The notes below the pieces were generated by a model. That model made no database searches and was not told where the DNA came from. It worked only from the letters and a program-made list of their open reading frames with translations. A DNA stretch of 64,000 nt from an uncultured Desulfobacteraceae bacterium. Its GTDB lineage: Bacteria; Desulfobacterota; Desulfobacteria; Desulfobacterales; UBA11574. The position numbers and the translations under genes are program-made. This document shows, one piece after another, positions 38,243-47,443 of the stretch. The stretch covers positions 7,114 through 71,113 of the forward strand of contig CAZBOB010000003.1 in assembly GCA_964492995.1 (NCBI GenBank), read 5' to 3'. The first letter of the stretch is position 1; the number at the start of each line of letters is the position of its first letter.

Positions 38243-39085
38243 ATGTATCATTGTATCAACGAAATTATAGGCTATAAACTGATGGCAAAGAATGGAGAAT
38301 TAGGTAATTGTGACGACTTTCTTTTTAAGGATCGTCCCTGGATTATTCGATACATGGTGGCCGACACCGGCGGCTTTTTAAACCGGCACAAGGTTCTCAT
38401 ACCTTTGGTCGAATTCGAAAAACCGGACCGGCCGACCCAGCTTTTTCATGTTGATTTAACCAAAGAGCAAATCGAAGAAAGCCCGCCGCTCAGTGAAGAC
38501 GAACCGGTCTCACGTCAGTATGAAAGAATTTCTTGTCTATACTTTGGATGGCCGGCTCATTGGGCGGGAGACGATCTGGAAAATACCATTTCAACGCCTT
38601 CAGGGGTGTTTCGAAAACCGGAACATGTTCAAAATAATGGTGAAAAGCAAAGTTCGCTCCGTTCAGTAAAGGAAGTAACAGGGTATCACGTTGAGGCCAC
38701 AAGGGGAAAGGCAGGCAAAGTTGTTGATTTTATTGTTGATGATGACATCTGGGCCATCCGTTACCTAGTGGTTGACATCCAAAACGGTGTAAAAGAAAAA
38801 AAGGTGCTTTTGGCACCGGATTGGGTTAACACGGTAGACTGGTTGAATCGTGTCGTCAATGTAGATCTGAATGTTGATGGTATTGAAAACTGTCCCGAAT
38901 TTAACCCCGAGGAACCTTTTGGTGCGGATCTCCACTCCATGCCATCTTGGTCTGATTGGACCAAGGAATACATTCGTAATATAGAAAGGGAGAATCTACT
39001 GCTGAAGCTGTGTGTTAAGAAATATAAAAAACAACTCGAATATTACAAACTAAAAATAACTACGATGAATGACTCCAAAAAATAG
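38243..39085 (+). CDS. PRC-barrel domain protein with C-terminal coiled coil (cassette copy 2)
   Basis: Colinear with 19863-20708. By eye, roughly three quarters of residues are identical. Confidence 0.7.
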   Translation: MYHCINEIIGYKLMAKNGELGNCDDFLFKDRPWIIRYMVADTGGFLNRHKVLIPLVEFEKPDRPTQLFHVDLTKEQIEESPPLSEDEPVSRQYERISCLYFGWPAHWAGDDLENTISTPSGVFRKPEHVQNNGEKQSSLRSVKEVTGYHVEATRGKAGKVVDFIVDDDIWAIRYLVVDIQNGVKEKKVLLAPDWVNTVDWLNRVVNVDLNVDGIENCPEFNPEEPFGADLHSMPSWSDWTKEYIRNIERENLLLKLCVKKYKKQLEYYKLKITTMNDSKK

Positions 39086-39196
39086 TATCGATATCATCTA
39101 AAAATTGGCGATAAAAAACATGTTGCTTCAAGTTTAGATGTGGATTCCAGGTGAATCATTATTTTAAGCTGATAAATCTTTAGAGGGAGAAAGAAG

Positions 39197-39739
39197 ATGG
39201 CCAATATAAAATGCGCAAGATGTGATCAAAAAGTTGAAAAAATAAAAAGCGAAACCATAGAGCTTGTCACTTACTGTGAGAGTTGCGCCAAACAGGTGAA
39301 GCAAAAGAAAAAAGAAAAAAAACATAAAGCAAAACTAGAGGAACACAGAAAAATAAAGCAAAGAGAATATATTGAAAAAGAATTGGAAGTGATTACCGAA
39401 GATGATACCAGACACATTATCGTAACGACAACCGACACTGTCGAAGTAAAAAGGATCGGTGAGTATATCGGCGTCATCTCCGCCCAGGAATATAAATATA
39501 ACACAGACATTCCCGAAGACGACCGTGCAGGTGAAAAAGAAATCGCCGAAAAAGACAACAGGGGGTGTGTGGAACGGGCACTTTTTAAGCTAAAAAAACA
39601 AGCGTATTTATTAGGGGCGGACGCCATAATAGGCACGCGATTGTATAGCAATTTCGACTACGATACCGAAGGCGGTCAGGTTGTTGCTATTATGACTAAA
39701 ATCAATTTAACCGGAACAGCCGTCAGGCTGTTCCAATGA
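39197..39739 (+). CDS. zinc-ribbon / YbjQ-like protein (cassette copy 2)
   Basis: CARCDQ...YCESC followed by a YbjQ-like core. It is colinear with 20888-21427. Confidence 0.7.
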   Translation: MANIKCARCDQKVEKIKSETIELVTYCESCAKQVKQKKKEKKHKAKLEEHRKIKQREYIEKELEVITEDDTRHIIVTTTDTVEVKRIGEYIGVISAQEYKYNTDIPEDDRAGEKEIAEKDNRGCVERALFKLKKQAYLLGADAIIGTRLYSNFDYDTEGGQVVAIMTKINLTGTAVRLFQ

Positions 39740-39764
39740 TATTTGATTAAATACAGGACTAAAG

Positions 39765-39989
39765 GTGCTGAAAAAAATGCCTGATAAATTTAAAAAATTA
39801 ACTCTAAAAGTACCTATAAAAGATTACCAAAAATTGAAATTGATAGCTGGAACAAATAACAGGACGGTCGCCGACACCGCATTGGAAATGATTTGCAAAA
39901 ATATCAACAAAGCTGAGGTAAATCAGAGAAAAAATGTGGTTTCAGATATGTTAGAGAACCTTGGTGGAGAGCTGATTAAGGCTAAATGA
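39765..39989 (+). CDS. small ribbon-helix-helix-like protein (cassette copy 2)
   Basis: KLTLKVPIKDYQKLKLIAGTNNRTVADTALEMI fits an RHH pattern. An alternative start is the ATG at 39777. Confidence 0.45.
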   Translation: MLKKMPDKFKKLTLKVPIKDYQKLKLIAGTNNRTVADTALEMICKNINKAEVNQRKNVVSDMLENLGGELIKAK

Positions 39990-40326
39990 CAAATATATAG
40001 AACAAGTTAATTACTGAATCTTACCTGAAAATTAATGAGAATTTTCAAGTTACTTAAAACTATTTTTGGAATGTGACTTCTATTGATTCTGCAGTAGAAC
40101 TTAGTATTTTTCAATGCAAAAATGCCCCCCAATACTTCGACAATCAAATCAAAATTCTCTATACCTACTATAATATACCATGTTCTTGAGATAATCAAGA
40201 TGCCTTATTCTTACATATAGAGCACTTAAGACATACAGGTTTGTCAATCTTAAACTACATAATTCCGTGTATTTATAATTTCTTACAATTGGTTACACTA
40301 TACAACAAACGATCCATTAGAAAGGA

Positions 40327-40530
40327 GTGTCATTCGGAATGCAGAAAGAACGCAAGCATGAAATGGGGCCGGGAGGATTCTGTATATGTACCAAATGCGG
40401 AGAGGGGACAATGCACCAGAAGGGTATTCCTTGTATTGAGGCAAGATGTCCGAAATGTGGTGCAAAAATGGTCAGAGAGGGTTCCGAACATCACCGGCTT
40501 ATACAAGAAAAGAAAAATTCTGTCTTATAA
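40327..40530 (+). CDS. small double CxxC zinc-ribbon protein
   Basis: GPGGFCICTKCGEGTMHQKGIPCIEARCPKCGAKMVRE contains two CxxC pairs plus extra Cys residues. The likely start is ATG 40339. Confidence 0.5.
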   Translation: MSFGMQKERKHEMGPGGFCICTKCGEGTMHQKGIPCIEARCPKCGAKMVREGSEHHRLIQEKKNSVL

Positions 40531-40580
40531 TAAAACGGAGCCATACTCTAATTCTAACTGTGAGCAAAACCACAGAAAAT

Positions 40581-41420
40581 ATGAAATACGACTACAATCA
40601 CAAAATAAAGGATGTTGTGCTTGTTACGGATGACAAAGAACGAATTAAATCAAAAATGACGAGTTTTATTCTTAAGTTATTGCGCACCAATGGACTCAAT
40701 CCCATTGCAACCAAACATTTTGATGGTGACCAAGTACGAGAAAACAAGGAGTTCTATTTCCATAGAGACAGAGAAATCTTTAAGAAAAGTTTCGAATACT
40801 TAACCGAACCTGTCTCTATTAAAACCCTTCTAAACTTCAGCAGGCAAAATCCTGAACTCCAAGAAGCTTTAAAACAAGACCCATTATCCCTTATGGAAAT
40901 ACTATGGCAAGAGTATCAAAAAAGATTTCATCAACCGGACCGCTTGCATGAAATCGTGGAGCACTATGAAGTTGGTCAAAAATTTGCCGCAAAATTTCCT
41001 GATGCACATGTTTTAACTGTTTTGTTTTTTCACAAGGTAATTTCTCCCAAATTGCAAAGCAATGGAATATTAAATTACCATTCTGTTGGAAGGGGGTTCT
41101 ATGGATATGGCTCATGCAAGCCGATTGAACCGGAAATCGGGTCCCCCGGAAGGGCAAAGATCTTGATATCTGCCAACGCAGTATCGAATTGAGCTTTCGA
41201 AAAGAAAAAAGCATTTGCCCGGCGGGTATTCTTTCATGAATATTGGGGTCATGCCATCAATGGACTTGACGACCATTTTAATATACCGATGAACTGGTGT
41301 GTAATGTCGGTTCCGCCATCTCTGAATGCCTTTGTTAAAAAAGCGCAGAATGATAGGAAACCGGTTTTTTGTAAAAAATGTTTAGAAAAAATGGACTATT
41401 TACCGGAAATTTCCACATAA
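40581..41420 (+). pseudogene. HExxH-motif protein gene interrupted by an in-frame TGA at 41190-41192
   Basis: The ORF 40581-41192 continues in the same frame after the TGA for 76 more codons, including FFHEYWGHAINGL (HExxH) and a CKKC pair. Confidence 0.4.
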
Positions 41421-41428
41421 ATGATAAT

Positions 41429-42565
41429 ATGCACATGATGGATAAGGGATTTAATAATCATAAAACGATTACACCGAAAAAGGGCCGGATATTTATGCTC
41501 GTTTTTCTGTCCACACTTGTTTTTTTAATATGTTCGGCACGTTCCAAAGAAATTAAGGATAATAACATAGATTTAGCTATTCATACTCAGCTAAGAAACG
41601 ATAAAATTGTACCCGTAGATATGATTGATGTGATAACCGAAGAAGGTATTGTTACAATGACAGGAACGGTCAACAATTTATTGTCCCGTCAACATGCGGC
41701 CAAGATTGCTCGAACCGTTAGAGGTGTAAGGTCTGTAATTAATAGAATTAAAGTGCGATCCTTTGAGCGCACAGACGAACAAATTCGTTTGGATGTTGAA
41801 AAGGCCTTGAAGGACGATCCTGTTGCGGACATATATAATCTATCCGTAACTGTTCAAAATGGGGTTGTAAAGTTAAACGGCCGCTTAGACTCGTGGATTG
41901 AAGAAGAGTTGTGTCTGCAGATCGCCAAAGGAGTGAAAGGGGTCAGAAAAGCCATTCCAAATTTTAAGGTGCTCATGAAGGCCCGGCGATCAGACAGGGA
42001 AATTGTGTCTGAAATTAAGCGCAGGCTGGCATGGGATGTGTGGGTTGATGAAGACATGATCAGTGTGAAGGTAAGGAAAGGCGATGTTTTTTTGAGCGGA
42101 ATGATAGGTAGTTTAGATGAGAAAATAAAGGCTTATCGAGATGCTTGGATTGCGGGTGTTCAATCCGTCACGGACGATGACTTATTCGTGGATGGGTCAA
42201 AACATAATAATATGCGCCGCCGGATAGCATATACCCTAATATCGGATGAAAAAATAAGAAATGCGATAAAAGATGCTTTTTCCTACGACCCCAGAGTTTC
42301 ACCGTTTAATTTGAATGTTTCTGTAAACATCGGTTCGGTTACGCTTACAGGCTATGTGCAAAACTTGAAAGCCAAGCGTGCCGCTGAGCAGGATGCAAAA
42401 AACACCGTCGGCGTTTGGCACGTCAAAAATCACTTAAAAGTGAGACCAGACATTAGACCAAATAAAAATCCTATGTCCTCTGTTGATACTAAAACCCTAA
42501 AACTTTCCGCCCTTTATAAGCAGGGAATGAGCAATGAAAATTCAACATTTAGAAAGTATTTTTGA
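41429..42565 (+). CDS. secreted protein with multiple BON domains (OsmY-like)
   Basis: Signal-like segment IFMLVFLSTLVFLICSA, then four repeats of the BON pattern (e.g. VTMTGTVNNLLSRQHAAKIARTVRGVRSVINRIKV). The longest ORF starts at 41378. Confidence 0.75.
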   Translation: MHMMDKGFNNHKTITPKKGRIFMLVFLSTLVFLICSARSKEIKDNNIDLAIHTQLRNDKIVPVDMIDVITEEGIVTMTGTVNNLLSRQHAAKIARTVRGVRSVINRIKVRSFERTDEQIRLDVEKALKDDPVADIYNLSVTVQNGVVKLNGRLDSWIEEELCLQIAKGVKGVRKAIPNFKVLMKARRSDREIVSEIKRRLAWDVWVDEDMISVKVRKGDVFLSGMIGSLDEKIKAYRDAWIAGVQSVTDDDLFVDGSKHNNMRRRIAYTLISDEKIRNAIKDAFSYDPRVSPFNLNVSVNIGSVTLTGYVQNLKAKRAAEQDAKNTVGVWHVKNHLKVRPDIRPNKNPMSSVDTKTLKLSALYKQGMSNENSTFRKYF

Positions 42566-42577
42566 AAGAGATAAACC

Positions 42578-43018
42578 ATGCTTTGCACAGAGAAAGAAGT
42601 CAAAATAGTTATTGTAAATTTTATATCTAATAATCCAGGTATTGAAGGTTCCAAGATTTATGTCAGCTTCGATACCGGCACTGTTACACTTAAAGGTTTT
42701 GTTAGAAAATACCGGCAGCGAAATAAAATCGAGAATTTGGTCTTAGAACTTCCAGAGGTGCTGGACGTCAAAAATGAATTGATCGTCATTCCCAGTGAAA
42801 AGATTGACGACGAAATCATTGCCCAGAAAATCATTGACGAACTCAGAGAGCATTATCATCTCGAAATCAGCAACTTTCTGATTGAGGTTTCTAACGGAGT
42901 GATAACGCTTGCCGGCACGGCCCCTGATTTAGCTTCAAAAGTTTATGTTTACGTTGCTGCGGCTCAGGCTTCCGGTGTGCTGAACGTCGTTAATAACATT
43001 AATGTCAGTTCGAGGTAG
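42578..43018 (+). CDS. BON domain protein
   Basis: Two BON-like repeats (VTLKGFVRKYRQRNKIENLV..., ITLAGTAPDLASKVYVYVAAAQASGVLNVVNNINV). Confidence 0.65.
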   Translation: MLCTEKEVKIVIVNFISNNPGIEGSKIYVSFDTGTVTLKGFVRKYRQRNKIENLVLELPEVLDVKNELIVIPSEKIDDEIIAQKIIDELREHYHLEISNFLIEVSNGVITLAGTAPDLASKVYVYVAAAQASGVLNVVNNINVSSR

Positions 43019-43102
43019 ACGTAAATAGAAAAATCAAAAAACGGAAAATTTTCAGGCTTTTTTAAAAATGTTGATGCATTGTTAATTCATAAGGGGGTAC
43101 CA

Positions 43103-43534
43103 ATGAGTGAAGCTAAAGAAGGTGAAAAGGTAAAAATACATTTTACGGGAAGGCGAGAAGACGGGACCGTATTCAGCACTTCAAAAGAAGATGAGCCGGT
43201 TGAATTTGTCATTGGAGAAGGCAGTATTATTCCAGGAGTAGAAAAAGGTGTCATTGGAATGGGAGTGAGGGATAAAAAAACAATTACCGTACAACCCAAA
43301 GAGGGTTTCGGGCTGGTAAAAAAAGAACTGATCAAGATTGTAGAGAAGAGCGAATTTCCCGAAGACCTTAGACCCAAAATTGGATTACAGGTTCAACTGA
43401 GGAACCCGGATGGTGATACCATCAATGCGAATGTTGTTGACTTAAAAGGGGATACCGTTTTTTTGGATGCCAACCATCCGCTGGCCGGGCAGACGTTAAA
43501 ACTGGATATAGAACTGATCGAAATTCTAAAATAA
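43103..43534 (+). CDS. FKBP-type peptidyl-prolyl isomerase (SlyD-like), second copy
   Basis: Sequence GEKVKIHFTGRREDGTVFSTS...DANHPLAGQTLKLDIELIEI. It is a paralog of 15716-16144. Confidence 0.85.
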   Translation: MSEAKEGEKVKIHFTGRREDGTVFSTSKEDEPVEFVIGEGSIIPGVEKGVIGMGVRDKKTITVQPKEGFGLVKKELIKIVEKSEFPEDLRPKIGLQVQLRNPDGDTINANVVDLKGDTVFLDANHPLAGQTLKLDIELIEILK

Positions 43535-43592
43535 AAAAATCATGCTATGGTTTCGTATGGTTATCTGAACCGATTTTAATCTTTTTGAATAA

Positions 43593-44012
43593 ATGGGCTG
43601 GGTAATTTTAAAAGAATTTATTGTCGCGTTTTTGATTGCGGCGGTTTTGAGTATCGTCTATGCATGGGTCACCAAAAGCAAAAGAAGACGGACCGGTTTC
43701 TTTGGGTTTTTTCTCATAGTTCTTATGGCTACGTGGGCCGGCGGCATCTGGATTCAACCTTCAGGCACGGCAACAGGGCAAATCAATTGGTGGCCCTTTA
43801 TCATTGTCGGGATAACATTTGCGCTTTTGATTGCAGTTTTCGGACCCCGGAAACCCCCTGAAGGACGTCACGAAACCCTGGAAAAACTCGATGAGATGGC
43901 CCGCGGAAAAGCGCTGGAAGAACTTACCTATACAGTCCTAAAATTAATCTTCTGGTTTGTCTTCGCTATTATGGCTTTCGCCATTCTTTTCCGTTATGCA
44001 ACACGTATTTAA
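43593..44012 (+). CDS. small integral membrane protein (paralog of 36769-37176)
   Basis: See 36769-37176. It has the same architecture and conserved blocks. Confidence 0.55.
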   Translation: MGWVILKEFIVAFLIAAVLSIVYAWVTKSKRRRTGFFGFFLIVLMATWAGGIWIQPSGTATGQINWWPFIIVGITFALLIAVFGPRKPPEGRHETLEKLDEMARGKALEELTYTVLKLIFWFVFAIMAFAILFRYATRI

Positions 44013-44130
44013 GGAGTCGGTAATAAATATATGGTGCTCAAGTGGATAGCTTGGAAATATTATTTGTGGAATAACAATACAACCCCAATAGCCCGAAGAC
44101 CTCCATCCGCATACTGGGGGCGGCTACATG

Positions 44131-44423
44131 TGAGACAGCCAGCAAGGATGGACAGCCACCGAATGGGTAATGATGATTCGCAATCTTTTTGTACGTGAAG
44201 AAGGACGTGGATTGATTTTATGCTCTGGCATTCTACCCGAGTGGCTGCAAACAGAATCGCCTATTCGTTTCGGTCCTACTCTGACAATTTTTGGAAAATC
44301 AGTATAAAAATCGTTCAAATCGACCATAAGCTAGCCGTTTCTATTAATGCAGAGCATAAGCACATTCCAGCTCAAGTCGAAATTAACCTTCCGGGATATC
44401 AAAGTCTGCCGGTTAAAAATTAG
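44131..44423 (+). pseudogene. frameshifted C-terminal remnant, possibly of a glycoside-hydrolase-like gene
   Basis: Frame 1 gives ...TEWVMMIRNLFVREEGRGLILCSGILPEWLQTESPIRFGPTLTIFGK. A +2 shift then continues ISIKIVQIDHKLAVSINA...PVKN. No N-terminal part exists, and the family assignment is a guess. Confidence 0.3.
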
Positions 44424-44600
44424 AGAGGGGTCTATCACCTGAATACGATAAAAGACCTCACGATCACGAGATGACCGGTCTGTCCCCACCGAGAAACATC
44501 GTCAGGAAATTTAACCAGTATGGTTTTTACGTGTAAATCTGGCGCTAAATCTTGAACCTCATGTGGTAGGCGAAATTCTTTCGCAGATAACCTGTTTTAA

Positions 44601-45695
44601 CTAACGGCATGGAAGGGACAGCTTCACCCGAGTACCCTTGCCGATTTCAGAAGAGATCTCAAATTTTCCATTACAAACTATAGCACGATCGTTCATCCCT
44701 CTTAAACCGAATCCACCGAATGAATCCGGATTAGACGGGATATCCTCCGGATCAAATCCGCAGCCGTTATCCGTCACGCATAGTTCTATACAATCGTCGG
44801 TTTCAATCAGATTCAGGTTTATCTTATCGGCCCCACCGTGCTTGAAGGCATTGGTCATCCCTTCTTGTATGACGCGAAAAATCGCAATCTTAATTAGATC
44901 GGATATACTGTCCTCCTCGATCTCAAGTCGGGTAATGATCCGCGCGTTTTGATGATATTTACCCTGCTCCCGACAATACCAGCGAATAGTTCCTGATAAT
45001 CCCAGGTCTTCCAGCACGGAGGGCATCAGATGATTAGAGATTCTACGAACTTCTATGATGGTATCCTTAATATTGGCGAGAATCTTTTCCAGCGAACAAA
45101 TGCTATCCCGGAGACCGCTGTCCATAGACATCAGTTTCTGTTCAAGAGCTAATTTAATGGCCGCCAGATTACCGCCCACACTATCGTGAAGCTCTTTGGC
45201 CACCAATTTGCGCTCGTTTTCCCGAGACTCAATTATTTTGTGTGAAAGCAATCGCAGCTTATCCTCGGATTCGCGTAGCTTTTTTTCCGTCTTCTTGCGA
45301 TTGCTGATATCGATAAAGGAAGCCATTTTACCGAGGATACGGCCCTGTTTATCCCTTGCCTCCGACAAGGAGACTTCCACCGGAAAAACCGAGCCGTCTT
45401 TATACTCAACTATGGCTTCCCCGGTTAGGCCGCCGCCAACCTCGACGATACACCTTACATCGTCGAACTGCTTAACTCTGTCTGAAACAAAAAGACCAGA
45501 CGCATCTTTACCGAGGATTTCCTTTATTTCACCATATCCAAATATTCTCAAAAAAGCAGGATTTGCATAGGAAACGGTTCCCTTATTGTCGGTAATAATA
45601 ATACCGCTTGCAGCCGAATCCAGGACATCTTTAAAAAAATTGACCGCAAGTTCTTGCTCAACGTTTTTGATTTCCGGTATATTGATGAAAGTCAT
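44601..45695 (-). CDS. PAS-domain sensor histidine kinase (HisKA_3 type), second copy
   Basis: PAS region, then ENERKLVAKELHDSVGGNLAAIK and HATPase blocks (TNAFKHG, TDNGCGF, GFGLRG). Confidence 0.85.
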   Translation of the reverse strand: MTFINIPEIKNVEQELAVNFFKDVLDSAASGIIITDNKGTVSYANPAFLRIFGYGEIKEILGKDASGLFVSDRVKQFDDVRCIVEVGGGLTGEAIVEYKDGSVFPVEVSLSEARDKQGRILGKMASFIDISNRKKTEKKLRESEDKLRLLSHKIIESRENERKLVAKELHDSVGGNLAAIKLALEQKLMSMDSGLRDSICSLEKILANIKDTIIEVRRISNHLMPSVLEDLGLSGTIRWYCREQGKYHQNARIITRLEIEEDSISDLIKIAIFRVIQEGMTNAFKHGGADKINLNLIETDDCIELCVTDNGCGFDPEDIPSNPDSFGGFGLRGMNDRAIVCNGKFEISSEIGKGTRVKLSLPCR

Positions 45696-45807
45696 GGCAT
45701 TCTTTCAGATATTCCAAATTAGTCTGATGTACATGCTTATAATTTCGAAAAGTGGCCGGAATTGGATTCATTAATCTGTTAAAAGGCATTCGAATGAAAC
45801 CCCGGAC

Positions 45808-46305
45808 CTATACTTTGTATTTACCAAAATCTTCGGGTTTTAGGTTACTTAGATATTCTGCACGCTTTTTTCCTTCCTCGCTGGTATCGAATATTTTAGT
45901 ATCACCATTCATTTGTTTGAATTTTTCAAAAACTCTATCATCCACATATATCAGAGCATCAGATCGAAGTGCGATGGCAATTGCATCGCTGGGGCGGGCA
46001 TCTAAACTGAAACTACTCTCTTCGGATAAAAAGTTTATTTTGGCATAATAAATATTTTCTTTTAAATCATATATCTCAATATTCGAAACAGTTATTTTCA
46101 GACTTTCGATGAAATTTTTAAAAAGGTCGTGAGTCATTGGACGGTCGAATGTAAGTTTTTGTAAAGCATTAGCAATTGAGGCGGCTTCGAGAATTCCTAT
46201 CCATATTAAGATTCCTTTATCATCGTCAATCGACTTTAAAAGAATTATAGGGCTATTAGATTTTTTATCCATTATCATACCAGCTATGTTTACTCTGCAA
46301 AGCAT
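45808..46305 (-). CDS. bifunctional nuclease family protein (DUF151)
   Basis: Contains PIILLKS...IWIGILEAASIA...RPMTHDL...DARPSDAIAIALR. The start is uncertain; the longest ORF runs to 46344. Confidence 0.75.
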   Translation of the reverse strand: MLCRVNIAGMIMDKKSNSPIILLKSIDDDKGILIWIGILEAASIANALQKLTFDRPMTHDLFKNFIESLKITVSNIEIYDLKENIYYAKINFLSEESSFSLDARPSDAIAIALRSDALIYVDDRVFEKFKQMNGDTKIFDTSEEGKKRAEYLSNLKPEDFGKYKV

Positions 46306-46381
46306 AACTTTATTCCCTCTTAAAAAAAATGCTTTTGGCCTCATTTAAAAAGATAAACTTCGATAGAAGATTTCAGCTATG

Positions 46382-46774
46382 TTAAATAATTTTTAAATCC
46401 TCCAAACGTTCCTGAGCAGCTTTTCGACACTCTGGGTTCGAATCTTCTAAAGCTATTTTTGATAGCATAGCAGGGTCCTTTATCTTTCCGATGGCTTCTT
46501 TGCGTACTTCGGCAATAAATTTTCCTGTCCTTTTAAGCTTACCCTTATTTAATAAGTAAATATAGCAACTTCCTACAACGATAAATATTAAAGAAACAAT
46601 TGATAAAATATAACTTCCAGGAGGTTCGGCATTAAGAAATGGTGTATCAATCAATGATGAAATAAGAAAAAATAAACCGACAACAACTGAATAACCTGTC
46701 ACCAGATATGGAAAGGCCTTTTGTATGTTCATTACATTCTCCCCCTTACGATAGAACCATTCTTGAAAAAGCAT
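46382..46774 (-). CDS. membrane hypothetical protein
   Basis: Two hydrophobic segments followed by a short helical tail (ALEDSNPECRKAAQERL). The start is uncertain. Confidence 0.4.
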   Translation of the reverse strand: MLFQEWFYRKGENVMNIQKAFPYLVTGYSVVVGLFFLISSLIDTPFLNAEPPGSYILSIVSLIFIVVGSCYIYLLNKGKLKRTGKFIAEVRKEAIGKIKDPAMLSKIALEDSNPECRKAAQERLEDLKII

Positions 46775-47144
46775 AATTTAATCTGAATATTTATTAATTC
46801 TAACTTTATAGTTTTTAAATAAGGGGAATTATGTATTTTGTATAAAAATTAGGGTAGGTAAGATGTTTTAATTTTTGGTTCGTGAAAATTTATATTGAAG
46901 TATGGTATGAGTGAACAGAACTTCTTATTTCAAGATGAAACTCCCCGCACCAAGCTGCGGAGAATTAAGGCGAAGGCGAAAAAATTCTATCTATAGAAAT
47001 TTTATGTGTGAAAAGTTTTCGTTTTAAAGCTTTATACCCATTCTGTATCCAAACTCTTTTATTTACCGTGATTATTCTATTATCAAAGGATTGCTGTTAA
47101 ATGTACTCACCATTTATGATCACAAAGTTGATTCTTTTTCAGAC

Positions 47145-47182
47145 ATATCTTTGGAACTAAGAGATATCTTTGGAACTAAGAG
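47145..47182. repeat. perfect tandem duplication, 2 x 19 bp
   Basis: ATATCTTTGGAACTAAGAG is repeated head to tail in the AT-rich region upstream of the MscS gene. Confidence 0.9.
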
Positions 47183-47443
47183 TAAAGAAAAAAATTCATT
47201 GTTAACATAAAGGGTTAGGTTTTTTCGTCGATTGATATACGTAAAATAATAAAGAAAAAAATTCGAAAGAATACATAATTACCCTTATATACATTTTCAG
47301 CGAGCATTTTTATAAAAAGCCCGAAAAAGTTGGTTGGTATTTATCATGTTATCAAACACAACTTTAAATATTACTTTATTCCGCTCTTTAAAAAAGAATG
47401 CTTGTCATCTCAATTGCTTTCAGAAGGTTAAAAGGAGATATTT

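Noticed and set aside
19578-39989. Interpretation of the repeat-bracketed segment as an active integrative element or prophage.
   Set aside because: I saw no integrase, recombinase, transposase, phage structural or conjugation genes on either strand. The flanking repeats are diverged 2-kb gene cassettes rather than short att sites.
41190-41192. The in-frame TGA read as selenocysteine.
   Set aside because: The surrounding residues (AVSN-TGA-AFEK) do not resemble a redox CxxU-type site. I could not find a stable stem-loop at SECIS distance downstream. A nonsense mutation is more parsimonious, but I kept it as a low-interest finding.
47145-47182. CRISPR array candidates (this tandem repeat, the 10-bp units at 9.5-9.6 kb and the hairpin repeats).
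   Set aside because: No series of regularly spaced identical repeats with unique spacers exists anywhere, and there are no cas genes.
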